From Pseudomonadota bacterium (GTDB taxonomy: Bacteria; Desulfobacterota; Binatia; UBA1149): a stretch of DNA of 64,000 nucleotides. Both the position numbers and the translations under genes were made by a program. Location: the NCBI GenBank assembly GCA_014382245.1, contig JACNKC010000048.1:2032-66031 (forward strand). The letters are read 5' to 3'. This document shows, piece after piece, positions 44,448 through 53,131 of the stretch; within the stretch, counting starts at the first letter, position 1, and each line of letters begins with the position of its first letter. The notes under the pieces are model-generated. The model was not told the DNA's origin. It saw only the letters and a list, made by a program, of their open reading frames with translations, and did no database searches.

Positions 44448-46196
44448 GTGACAGGACAGGCAACAGCAGCAAGTGGAAACTGGGATCACGAAGTCGACCT
44501 GCTCGTGGTGGGCAGCGGCGCCGGGGCGATGGTGGCGGCGATGGCCGCCCACGACGGTGGCGCGAGCACGCTGATCATCGAGAAGACCGACGAGTATGGC
44601 GGCAACTCGGCCATGTCGGGCGGTGCCATGTGGATTCCCTGCAACTCGATGATGAAGAAAGAAGGTGTGGCCGACTCGCGTGACGAGGCGCTGGCCTACC
44701 TCGAAGCCATTACCGGCGGCGTGGTGGCGCGTGAAAAACTCGAGACCTATGTCGACCGTGCGCCCGAGATGCTCGACTGGCTGCACGACAACACCCACCT
44801 GCGCATGGAGTGCATGCTGACCTACCCCGACTACTACGCCGACGCGCCTGGCGGCAAGTCGGGTGGCCGTGCGCTGGAGCCCGAGCACTTTGATGCCCGC
44901 CGGTTGGGCGACGACTTCTACCTCCTGCGCGAACCGGCGCTGCAGGAGCTGGTGTTCGGGCGCATGTCGATGACGGCCACGGAGGCCCACCACATCCTGG
45001 CCCGTCACAAGGGCTGGATAAGCATGACCATGAAAATGATGGGGCGTTACTACGCTGACCTGAAAGGCCGGTTGCGCGGTAAGCGCGACCGCTGCCTGTC
45101 GCTGGGCAACGCGTTGGTGGCGCCGCTCAGGCTGTCACTGCTCGACCGCGAGCTTGATCTCTGGCTGAACACGGCGATGACCGAGCTGCTGGTCGAAGAC
45201 GGCCGCGTGGTGGGTGTGTTGGCCGAGCGCGAAGGTAAGGCGCTGCGGCTGCGCGGCAGGCAGGGCGTGCTGCTGGCCGCCGGTGGTTTTGAACGCAACC
45301 AGGAAATGCGCGATCGTTTTCTACCCTCGCCAAGCAAGGTGGAGTGGACCACTGGCAGTCCCGGCAGCACGGGCGACGCCATAGCCCTGGGAGAGAAAGA
45401 AGGCGCGGCGCTCGACCTCATGGAGCACGCGTGGTGGGGGCCGTGCACGGCCGTGCCCGGCGAGTGGAACGCGCGCATGCTGGTCATCGAAAAGGGCCTG
45501 CCGCACACCATCATGGTCAACCGCGCGGGCGCCCGTTTTGTGAACGAGGCGTCGCCCTATCTCGATATTGTCAATGCCATGTACGAGCAACAGCGCAGCG
45601 GCAACGACTGCGTGCCCGCGTTCATGGTCTTCGACTCGCAGTACCGCTCCAAGTATCCCTGCGGGCCTTTCCTGCAGTCATCGCAGCAGCCCGATTGGCG
45701 ATTGCCCAGGCAGTTGCGCGACGGCTACCTCTACAAGGCCGACACGGTCGAGGGGTTGGCCGAGCAGGCCGGCGTTGACCCGGCGGGCCTGGCATCTACG
45801 GTGTCGGCGTTTAACGACAACGCCAGGCGCGGCGTCGACCCCGACTTCAATCGCGGCGACGGACTGTTCGACAAGTTTTACGGCGACGAAAAGGTAAGCC
45901 CCAACCCCTGCCTGGGTGCCCTGGACAAGGCACCGTTCTACGCCATACGCGCCGAGGCTGGCGAGCTGGGCACCAAGGGTGGACTGGCCACCGACATCCA
46001 CGCGCGCGTACTGCGCGAGGACGGGTCACCGATAGACGGGCTGTTCGCGGTGGGCAACAACTCGGCTTCTGTCATGGGCACGAGCTACCCCGGGGCGGGT
46101 GCCACTATTGGCCCGGCCTGTACTTTTGGCTGGCTGGTGGGCAGGGATGCCGCCCAGCGAGCCACCCAGCGCGCGGCCCAGGGCGAGGCCGCCTGA
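44448..46196 (+). CDS. FAD-dependent oxidoreductase of the 3-ketosteroid-delta1-dehydrogenase / fumarate reductase flavoprotein family
   Basis: Has the dinucleotide fold DLLVVGSGAGAMVAA...IIEK and a C-terminal GELGTKGGLATD. The start is set at the in-frame GTG (44448) after a GGGAGAA RBS, downstream of the thiolase stop. Confidence 0.75.
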   Translation: MTGQATAASGNWDHEVDLLVVGSGAGAMVAAMAAHDGGASTLIIEKTDEYGGNSAMSGGAMWIPCNSMMKKEGVADSRDEALAYLEAITGGVVAREKLETYVDRAPEMLDWLHDNTHLRMECMLTYPDYYADAPGGKSGGRALEPEHFDARRLGDDFYLLREPALQELVFGRMSMTATEAHHILARHKGWISMTMKMMGRYYADLKGRLRGKRDRCLSLGNALVAPLRLSLLDRELDLWLNTAMTELLVEDGRVVGVLAEREGKALRLRGRQGVLLAAGGFERNQEMRDRFLPSPSKVEWTTGSPGSTGDAIALGEKEGAALDLMEHAWWGPCTAVPGEWNARMLVIEKGLPHTIMVNRAGARFVNEASPYLDIVNAMYEQQRSGNDCVPAFMVFDSQYRSKYPCGPFLQSSQQPDWRLPRQLRDGYLYKADTVEGLAEQAGVDPAGLASTVSAFNDNARRGVDPDFNRGDGLFDKFYGDEKVSPNPCLGALDKAPFYAIRAEAGELGTKGGLATDIHARVLREDGSPIDGLFAVGNNSASVMGTSYPGAGATIGPACTFGWLVGRDAAQRATQRAAQGEAA

Positions 46197-46252
46197 CACG
46201 GCGACCGGCGCCCCACCTGCTCGTGGGCTGAACAACTGGAGAATAATTGAAT

Positions 46253-47323
46253 ATGGGATTTCGCGTGGAAACGGGCTTGCTCAACCCCGACAAGGACCAG
46301 TACGCCGGTGACGGTGGTTCAATGATGAACCTGGCTTTCATAGCCTCCGAAGCGGCTCGGCTGGAATCGCTGGGCTTTGATTCGATAGCCGTACCCGAGG
46401 CGGGGCACGACCCGTTTCTCGCGCTGGTGGTGGCGGCCGAACACACCGAGCGCGTGGAGTTGGCCACCAACGTAGCCATTTCCTTTCCCAGGTCGCCGAT
46501 GGTGACCGCGCAGATGGCCTGGGACCTGCAACAGTACTCCGACGGTCGCTTCGTGCTCGGCCTTGGCACGCAGGTCAAGGGGCACAACAAGTTTCGTTAC
46601 GCCACCGCCTGGGACAGTCCGCCGGGCCCGCGCATGCGCGAGTACCTCGAGTGCCTGCGCGCGATCTACAACGCCTTTGCCGGGGCCGATGGTCCCACGA
46701 CCTTTGAAGGTGAGCACTACACCTTCACCATGCTGCCGCCGTTCTTCAATCCCGGCCCCATCGACCACGCGTTGCCCGGGCTCACTATCGCCGCGGTCAA
46801 TCCTTACATGTGCCGCCTGGCGGGCGAGTTGTGCGACGGCGTGCGCCTGCACCCCATAGGTACGTTTTCATACCAGCAGGAGGTCGTGCAGCCGCTGCTC
46901 GAAAAGGGCGCGGCCAGGGCCGGTCGCCCGGCCGACCAGGTCAACCGCATAGGCGCGCCCTTCGTGGCCGTTGGTCGCAACGACGAAGAGATCGCCTCGG
47001 CCCGCGAGGCGCTCAAGCAGGCCATATCCTTCTACGCGTCCACGCGCACCTACCACGGCGTACTCGATCACCACGGCTGGCAGGACGCCGGCGCCGAGCT
47101 GCACCGCTTGTCCAAGCAGGGTGGCTGGAAAGAAATGCCGGCTGTCATCAGCGACGACATGCTCGACCAGTGGGCCATCACCACCAGCTGGGACGACTTC
47201 GCCGTCAACATGACCGAGCGTTGCCGCGGAGTGTACGACACGGTGCTGGTGGATTTTCCGCCGCAGCTGTCGCGCGACGAAGACCACGTGCGCGAAATAG
47301 TCGCGGCCCTCAAGTCCCCCTGA
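46253..47323 (+). CDS. Luciferase-like (LLM) oxidoreductase, F420-dependent-type subgroup
   Basis: Has the LGLGTQVKGHN block and is a close paralogue of 57153..58232 (shared SFPRxPMVxAQxAWDLQ, PGPRMREYLxCLRAI). Confidence 0.75.
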   Translation: MGFRVETGLLNPDKDQYAGDGGSMMNLAFIASEAARLESLGFDSIAVPEAGHDPFLALVVAAEHTERVELATNVAISFPRSPMVTAQMAWDLQQYSDGRFVLGLGTQVKGHNKFRYATAWDSPPGPRMREYLECLRAIYNAFAGADGPTTFEGEHYTFTMLPPFFNPGPIDHALPGLTIAAVNPYMCRLAGELCDGVRLHPIGTFSYQQEVVQPLLEKGAARAGRPADQVNRIGAPFVAVGRNDEEIASAREALKQAISFYASTRTYHGVLDHHGWQDAGAELHRLSKQGGWKEMPAVISDDMLDQWAITTSWDDFAVNMTERCRGVYDTVLVDFPPQLSRDEDHVREIVAALKSP

Positions 47324-47390
47324 AGGGGAAGACGTACCTTTTCTCGGTTTCAGACGTGGTCTGGAAGGTGGAAAAGGTGGCAGGTCAGCC
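47322..47390 (+). promoter_or_regulatory. Conserved intergenic hairpin element, copy A (possible cis-regulatory RNA or REP-like repeat)
   Basis: A 21-nt block GAAGGGGAAGACGTACCTTTT is identical to copy B. The outer stem pairs ACCTTTTC (47336-47343) with GAAAAGGT (47371-47378). The inner stem pairs TTTCAGAC with GTCTGGAA (47348-47366). The strand assignment is tentative. Confidence 0.4.
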
Positions 47391-47432
47391 GCCGCAGCCG
47401 CAGTAAAGGAAGCAGCACGGGAGGAATAAGTA

Positions 47433-49157
47433 ATGTCAGCGAATACAGAAACGGGGCAGCTAAGCGGTGGCGAGTTGATCGCAAGGTGCCTTGCCGCCGA
47501 GGGTATCGAGCTGCTGTTCGGCTTGCCCTGCCCGGAAATTGAGCCTCTGCTTGTGTCACTTGACGACAACGGCATCCGGTTTTTCCCCGTACGCCACGAG
47601 GCTGCCGCCGTGCACATGGCCGAGGGTGTGTACAAGACCACCGGTCGCGTGGCCGCTGTGATCGGCAACCCGGGTCCCGGTTCTGCCAACCTTGTGCCCG
47701 GGGTCGTGACGGCAATGCACGAGGGCGTCCCGGTACTGGTGATGACCGCCCAGCACAGGCTGGGGCTTGTCTACCCGTCTACGCCGGCGACCTTCCAGGG
47801 CCAGGACCAGCTCGACCTGTTTCGCTCAACGGTGAAGTGGGGAGGGCCGGTGTTCGAGTGGTCTCGCATTCCCGAGGTCATGAGAATGGCCTTCCGTCAC
47901 ATGCTATCCGGGCGCCCGGGGCCCGTGCACCTGGAGTTACCGGCGCCCATTATAGCTGCCACCGGGGATGCGGCCTCGGCACCGGTCTGGCCGCCAGGCC
48001 GATCGCGAGCGCCGCTTTCCTGCGCGCCGGCCAGGCAAGTAGACGCTGTCACTGCCCTGCTGGCCGGCGCTTCCCGGCCCATGATCGTCTCGGGCGCGGG
48101 GGTTGACCGAGCGGGTGCGGCCGCCCGCCTGCTGGAACTGGTCGAGCTGCTCAACTGCCCGGTAATAACAACCACGTCGGGGCGAGCCACGTTTCCGTTC
48201 GATCACCCGAACGTTCGCGGTGGCTACGGCGAGGACGGTGACCGCGCCCGCCGCGAGGCCGACGTCGTGCTGGTGCTGGGCTCGCGCATGGGCAACGTCG
48301 ACCTTCCCTTCGACAAGTACTGGGGCCCGGCCGGCGCGTGCACCTTGGTGCAGGTGGACGTCGAGGCTGCCAACATCGGCGTTTCCCGTCCGGTTGACCT
48401 TGCCGTGGTGAGCGACGTGAGTTCGTTCCTCGACCTGCTGCTGACCGCCCTGCGCGAGCGCGGGGTGAACCGGCGCGGCGCGCAAGAGATGGACGGGCTG
48501 GCCCGGGAGTCATCTGCTTACTGGCAGGCCATGCTGGCGGACACCGTCGCGTGGAAAGGCGAGGGCATTCACCCGGCACACGCGTTGGCGATCGTCGGCG
48601 AAGTTTTCGGCGACGAACCCGTCTACCAGGTCGATGGCGGCATGACCTCCTTGTGGGCCGGCTGGTTCCTGCCCGCCACCCGGCCGCGTTCCTATCACGG
48701 CATAACAGAGCTGGGAATGCTGGGCACCGGTGTACCGGCGGCCGTGGGTGCGCGACTGGCCGACCCGGACCGCGAGGTTTTGTGCTTGACCGGCGACGGT
48801 GCCGCGGGTTTCAACTTCATGGAGTTGCAGTCCGCGGCCCGCGAGGGGGTCGATATCACGGTCGTCGTTTTTGCCGAGGGGTCATGGACCATGGAGGAAC
48901 CGAGCGAGCTGGCGGCATACGGCCGCACCTTCGGTACCGAGATGGGAGAGGTGCGCTGGGACCGCGTGGCCGAAGGCCTGGGTGCGTACGGCGAGTACGT
49001 GGACAGGCTCGACGAACTGGCGGCTGCTTTGACCCGGGCCCGGGAGCATCGCGGTCCGGCGGTGGTTTGCTTGCGAACCAGCGTGGAGGCAAACCGCGCG
49101 GTGCCCGGCGAAATGTTCCAGCGTTTCTTCGAGGTCTACTGGGGCCCGATGGCCTGA
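47433..49157 (+). CDS. Thiamine diphosphate-dependent enzyme (acetolactate synthase large-subunit-like family)
   Basis: Has an N-terminal PYR domain (GIELLFGLP...VRHEAAAVHMAEG) and the ThDP motif GDGAAGFNFMELQ...N. Confidence 0.85.
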   Translation: MSANTETGQLSGGELIARCLAAEGIELLFGLPCPEIEPLLVSLDDNGIRFFPVRHEAAAVHMAEGVYKTTGRVAAVIGNPGPGSANLVPGVVTAMHEGVPVLVMTAQHRLGLVYPSTPATFQGQDQLDLFRSTVKWGGPVFEWSRIPEVMRMAFRHMLSGRPGPVHLELPAPIIAATGDAASAPVWPPGRSRAPLSCAPARQVDAVTALLAGASRPMIVSGAGVDRAGAAARLLELVELLNCPVITTTSGRATFPFDHPNVRGGYGEDGDRARREADVVLVLGSRMGNVDLPFDKYWGPAGACTLVQVDVEAANIGVSRPVDLAVVSDVSSFLDLLLTALRERGVNRRGAQEMDGLARESSAYWQAMLADTVAWKGEGIHPAHALAIVGEVFGDEPVYQVDGGMTSLWAGWFLPATRPRSYHGITELGMLGTGVPAAVGARLADPDREVLCLTGDGAAGFNFMELQSAAREGVDITVVVFAEGSWTMEEPSELAAYGRTFGTEMGEVRWDRVAEGLGAYGEYVDRLDELAAALTRAREHRGPAVVCLRTSVEANRAVPGEMFQRFFEVYWGPMA

Positions 49158-49161
49158 GATA

Positions 49162-51054
49162 CTACGAGCCTGAGTGGTCGTTGGTCGGTGGTGACTGCCG
49201 CGGAGGTTCCTGAGAGGCGGCAGTGGCCGCGCTGGCCTGCGGGGCCGATCTGCCGCGGCGCTTGCGCTCGTGCGGGTCGAGCCAGCGCTTGCGCAGGCGT
49301 ACCGAGGTAGGCGTTACCTCAACGAGCTCGTCGTCGGCCACGTAGCTCATGGCCTGCTCGACGGTCATGCGCGTGGGCGGCGTGAGTTGTATGGCGTCGT
49401 CTTTGCCCGAGGCGCGCATGTTGGTCAGCTGCTTGCCCTTGAGCGGGTTTACGTCGAGGTCGCTGCCCTTGTTGTGCTCGCCGATTATCATTCCGCGGTA
49501 CACTTTCTCGCCCGGGCCGATGAACAGTGGGCCGCGTTCCTCGAGGTTCCAGAGCGCGTAGGCAACCGATTGCCCCTGCTCCATTGACACCAGGGTGCCA
49601 CAACGGCGCCCGGGCATATCGCCGGCCACCGGCTCCCAGTCGTGGAAGAGGCGGTGCATGACGCCGGTGCCGCGGGTGTCGGTCAAAAATTCGCCGTGGT
49701 AACCGATCAGCCCGCGCGATGGCACGTGGAACACGACCCTGGTCTTACCGCCACCCGAGCTCTGCATTTCGACCATGCGTCCGCGGCGCTGGGCCATTTT
49801 TTCGACGACCACGCCGGTAAAGTTATCGTCTACGTCAACCACCGCTTCTTCTACCGGTTCGCAGAGCACTCCCGTGTCGGGGTCCTCGCGGTAGAGAACG
49901 CGCGGCCGGCCTAGCGAAAGCTCGTAGCCCTCGCGGCGCATGATTTCCACGAGCACGCCCAGTTGCAGCTCGCCGCGGCCGGCTACTTCGAACACGGTCT
50001 TGTCGTCGGTGTCGGACACCCGCAAGGCCACGTTGCCCTCGGCCTCGCGCCACAGGCGCTCGCGTATAGCCCGGCTGGTCACCTTGTCGCCTTCCTTGCC
50101 GGCCAGCGGCGAGTCGTTGATGGCAAAGGACATGGCCAGCGTGGGTGGGTCAACGGGTTGGGCGGGCAGTGCCTGGCAGACGTCGGGTTCACAGATGGTG
50201 TCGGCCACCGTCGCGTCCTCGAGTCCGGCGATAGCCACGATGTCGCCCGCGGTGGCGCTGTCGAGCGAAGTGCGTTGCAGGCCGTCAAACGAAAGCACCT
50301 TGGTTATGCGCCCGGTCTCGACCATGCCCCCGTCGAGCGAGAGCACCTTAACCGCCATGTTTGACCGTACCGTGCCCGACTCCACGCGCCCGGTGAGTAT
50401 GCGCCCGAGCCACGGGTCGTACTCCAGGGTGGTGGCGAGCATGCGGAACGCGCCTGTATCGTCCAGGCGCGGCGCGGGCGTGTGGTCGACTATGAGTTCA
50501 AACAGCGGGCTCATGTCCACGCGCTCGTCGGCGAGGTCGTGGACGGCCCACCCCTGCTTGGCCGAAGCGTAGACGACGGGAAAATCGAGCTGGTCGTCGG
50601 TGGCCTCGAGGGCGGCAAAAAGATCGAAGATCTCGTTGAGCACTTCTTCGGCTCGCTGGTCGGGGCGGTCCACCTTGTTGATTACGACCAGCGGTTTCAG
50701 CCCCAGCCTGAGTGCCTTGCCCACCACGAAACGGGTCTGTGGCATGGGGCCCTCGGCAGCGTCCACGAGCACGCACACGCCGTCGACCATGCTCAGTATG
50801 CGTTCCACCTCGCCACCGAAGTCGGCGTGGCCCGGCGTGTCAACGATGTTTATGCGGGTGTCCTTCCAGGTTACCGACGTGCACTTGGCCAGTATGGTGA
50901 TGCCGCGTTCGCGCTCGAGGTCGTTGCTGTCCATGGCGCGGTCGACCAGCTCCTGGTGGTCGCCGAGCGCGCCGCCCTGCTGCAACAGCCGGTCCACGAG
51001 CGTGGTCTTGCCATGGTCGACGTGGGCGATGATGGCCGTGTTTCTTACGTTCAT
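49162..51054 (-). CDS. typA: Translational GTPase TypA/BipA
   Basis: Has RNTAIIAHVDHGKTTLVD, DTPGHADFGGEVER and NKVDR GTPase motifs. The start is set at the ATG at 51054. It has a basic/Pro-rich C-terminal tail. Confidence 0.92.
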   Translation of the reverse strand: MNVRNTAIIAHVDHGKTTLVDRLLQQGGALGDHQELVDRAMDSNDLERERGITILAKCTSVTWKDTRINIVDTPGHADFGGEVERILSMVDGVCVLVDAAEGPMPQTRFVVGKALRLGLKPLVVINKVDRPDQRAEEVLNEIFDLFAALEATDDQLDFPVVYASAKQGWAVHDLADERVDMSPLFELIVDHTPAPRLDDTGAFRMLATTLEYDPWLGRILTGRVESGTVRSNMAVKVLSLDGGMVETGRITKVLSFDGLQRTSLDSATAGDIVAIAGLEDATVADTICEPDVCQALPAQPVDPPTLAMSFAINDSPLAGKEGDKVTSRAIRERLWREAEGNVALRVSDTDDKTVFEVAGRGELQLGVLVEIMRREGYELSLGRPRVLYREDPDTGVLCEPVEEAVVDVDDNFTGVVVEKMAQRRGRMVEMQSSGGGKTRVVFHVPSRGLIGYHGEFLTDTRGTGVMHRLFHDWEPVAGDMPGRRCGTLVSMEQGQSVAYALWNLEERGPLFIGPGEKVYRGMIIGEHNKGSDLDVNPLKGKQLTNMRASGKDDAIQLTPPTRMTVEQAMSYVADDELVEVTPTSVRLRKRWLDPHERKRRGRSAPQASAATAASQEPPRQSPPTNDHSGS

Positions 51055-51077
51055 GGTCAAGGGTGGGCGCGATGCGC

Positions 51078-51848
51078 TCAGGTGGAGGACAGCTCCTGCA
51101 TCCGATGGTACCACGGCCCGGCCAGCGCATGGTTCTCCACGAGGTCGAAGCCGCGCAGGCCCTGGGTCGAGCGCAGTATGCCGTAGTTGGCAAAGTCGCC
51201 ACCGTTGGGCTGCGCGCCACCGAGAAAGCCGGGAGTGAACGCGGCCGACAACTTGTCGAGCTGGGCGGTGAGGTTTTCTTCGGGCGGCAGGTCAAACAGT
51301 TTCGCCCGGCTGCGGCCTATCATGCGCATGACGATGGCGCCCAGCCACTTGGCCTTGAGCGCCTGCCAGCGTGAGAACTGCTCCACGCTGGTCACGTATT
51401 TCATCGCTGCAACGCTCGAGCGCAGGCTGCCGTAGACCACCGGCACGATGGACTTGGCCATCACCTCGTCGCTGAACGCCATCCAGCGGTCCTGCTCGGC
51501 GTCGGCGCCTTCGCGTGCAAAACGGGCCGGGCCGCCCAGTTGTTCGTCGACGTAGTGCAGTATCTGGTTCGAGTCGTTGACCTGGGTGCCGTTGGCGTCC
51601 ACGAACACTGGCACCGCCTTCCAGTTGGCCCACTTGATCTCGGCCTTGGTCATGGGGTCGACCTCCACCGGGCTGTAGTCCACGCCCTTCCAGTTGAGGA
51701 GGCTGCGCACCTTCCAGCAGAAGGGGCAGGTCTGGAAACCGTAGAGCGTGGGCTTGTTGTCTACCGCCCTTTCCTGGACGCGGGTTTCCTGCACCCCGGC
51801 GCTGGCGGCGCTATCGTTGGCTGGTTGATCGGTGTTGGCGGCGGCCAT
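51078..51848 (-). CDS. Glutaredoxin-like/GST-fold protein (Grx2 or PGES2-like)
   Basis: Has LYGFQTCPFCWKVR (a CPFC redox motif) followed by a GST-C-like helical part. The ATG at 51848 is preceded by an AAGGAGA RBS. Confidence 0.65.
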   Translation of the reverse strand: MAAANTDQPANDSAASAGVQETRVQERAVDNKPTLYGFQTCPFCWKVRSLLNWKGVDYSPVEVDPMTKAEIKWANWKAVPVFVDANGTQVNDSNQILHYVDEQLGGPARFAREGADAEQDRWMAFSDEVMAKSIVPVVYGSLRSSVAAMKYVTSVEQFSRWQALKAKWLGAIVMRMIGRSRAKLFDLPPEENLTAQLDKLSAAFTPGFLGGAQPNGGDFANYGILRSTQGLRGFDLVENHALAGPWYHRMQELSST

Positions 51849-51924
51849 GCGTGGGTCTCCTTGTCGCGCCCGTGCGCTGACAATCCCGCCACGCTGGCAC
51901 GGAAAATCTCCCCACTCAAGGGGT

Positions 51925-53037
51925 TCAGTCGGCGCGCAGCACCGCGGCAAGCGATGACAGGGCCGTAACCCGGCGCGGTTGCCTGGCCTGGTGGCGGTCG
52001 TGGCCGCCGGTCAGGTAGGCGAACGACAGCCCCGAGTCGGGGTCGGCCCAGGCCACCTGCCCTCCGGCACCGCCGTGGCCGAAGGCGCGCGCAGAAACCG
52101 TGCGCCCGAAGCCTCGCAAGTGGGGGTCGGTTTCGCCTGCCCGCACCAGGCCCAGCGTGCGGCAAGCGGGCACGCCCGTGCTTAGACCTTTCATGTTCTG
52201 GCGCACGTTGGCGCGCGCATCTTCGAGTACGGCCGGGTCCCAGGCGCCGGCCGGGTCGTGCAGCAGGGCCTGGTAAAACATCGCCAGGTCGGTGGCCCGG
52301 GCAAAGCCACCCGCGCCGGGAACGCCCAGCTCGCGGATATCGGGCAGGTTGAAGGCCTGCACCATTTCCTCGGTCACTTCGCTTTCCGGTAGTTCGCGCA
52401 TCCCGAACGCAGCCTCGAGCTCGTCGGCGTTGGCCGCTTCGCCCACCGGTGCCACCGGGGCCAGGTTGGCTTGCGCGTCATGGGCGATCCCGAGCAAGCG
52501 CGGCAAGCCGCAGGGCGAAGTCACGCGCTGCTCCACGAGGTCGCGAAAGTCGCTTCCGCTCACGCGTTCGAGTACCTCGGCCAGTACCCAGTGAGCCGAG
52601 GTAGCGTGGTAGTCGAAGGCCGAACCCGGTTGCCACTCAAGGCGCCAGCGCGCGAAGTTCTCGAGCCGTCCCTCGCGCGTGCTCCAGAGGGGCGGGCCCA
52701 TGGCTGCGCTGGGAAACCCCGAGGTGTGCAGCATGACCTGCTCCAGGGTTACCTCGTCTTTGCCGTTGCTGCCGAACTCGGGGATCCACTCGACCACCGG
52801 CCTGCCAACGTCGAGCAGCCCGTCGCCCATCAGCGCCCAGGCGGCGGCCGCGAGCAGTGGCTTGCTGGACGAAAAAATACAGAAGCGCGTGTCGTCGTCG
52901 GCGTCGCCAAGCGTCAGAGATTCTACGATCTCGCCCTCGTAGCCCACGGCCAGCTGGCAGGACGGCAGCAGGCCCTGGTCGATTTCGCGCCGCGCCCGCT
53001 CGACGAGCGCCGCCAGTTTCTGATTGTCCAAACTCAT
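51925..53037 (-). CDS. Serine hydrolase of the beta-lactamase (class C/esterase) family
   Basis: Has the S-x-x-K motif (FSSSKP) and a C-terminal HGGAGG box. The start is set at the ATG at 53037. Confidence 0.75.
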   Translation of the reverse strand: MSLDNQKLAALVERARREIDQGLLPSCQLAVGYEGEIVESLTLGDADDDTRFCIFSSSKPLLAAAAWALMGDGLLDVGRPVVEWIPEFGSNGKDEVTLEQVMLHTSGFPSAAMGPPLWSTREGRLENFARWRLEWQPGSAFDYHATSAHWVLAEVLERVSGSDFRDLVEQRVTSPCGLPRLLGIAHDAQANLAPVAPVGEAANADELEAAFGMRELPESEVTEEMVQAFNLPDIRELGVPGAGGFARATDLAMFYQALLHDPAGAWDPAVLEDARANVRQNMKGLSTGVPACRTLGLVRAGETDPHLRGFGRTVSARAFGHGGAGGQVAWADPDSGLSFAYLTGGHDRHQARQPRRVTALSSLAAVLRAD

Positions 53038-53046
53038 CTTGTTGCG

Positions 53047-53115
53047 GAAGGGGAAGACGTACCTTTTGCAGGTTTGAGACGTAGTCTCAAAGGCCGAAAA
53101 GGTAGCAGGTCTGGC
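53047..53115 (+). promoter_or_regulatory. Conserved intergenic hairpin element, copy B
   Basis: Has the same 21-nt 5' block as copy A. The inner stem pairs TTTGAGAC with GTCTCAAA (53073-53091) and carries a compensatory C-G to G-C swap relative to copy A. It lies between divergent genes, just upstream of the 53132 operon. Confidence 0.4.
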
Positions 53116-53131
53116 CGTTGCCCGCGGGGGC

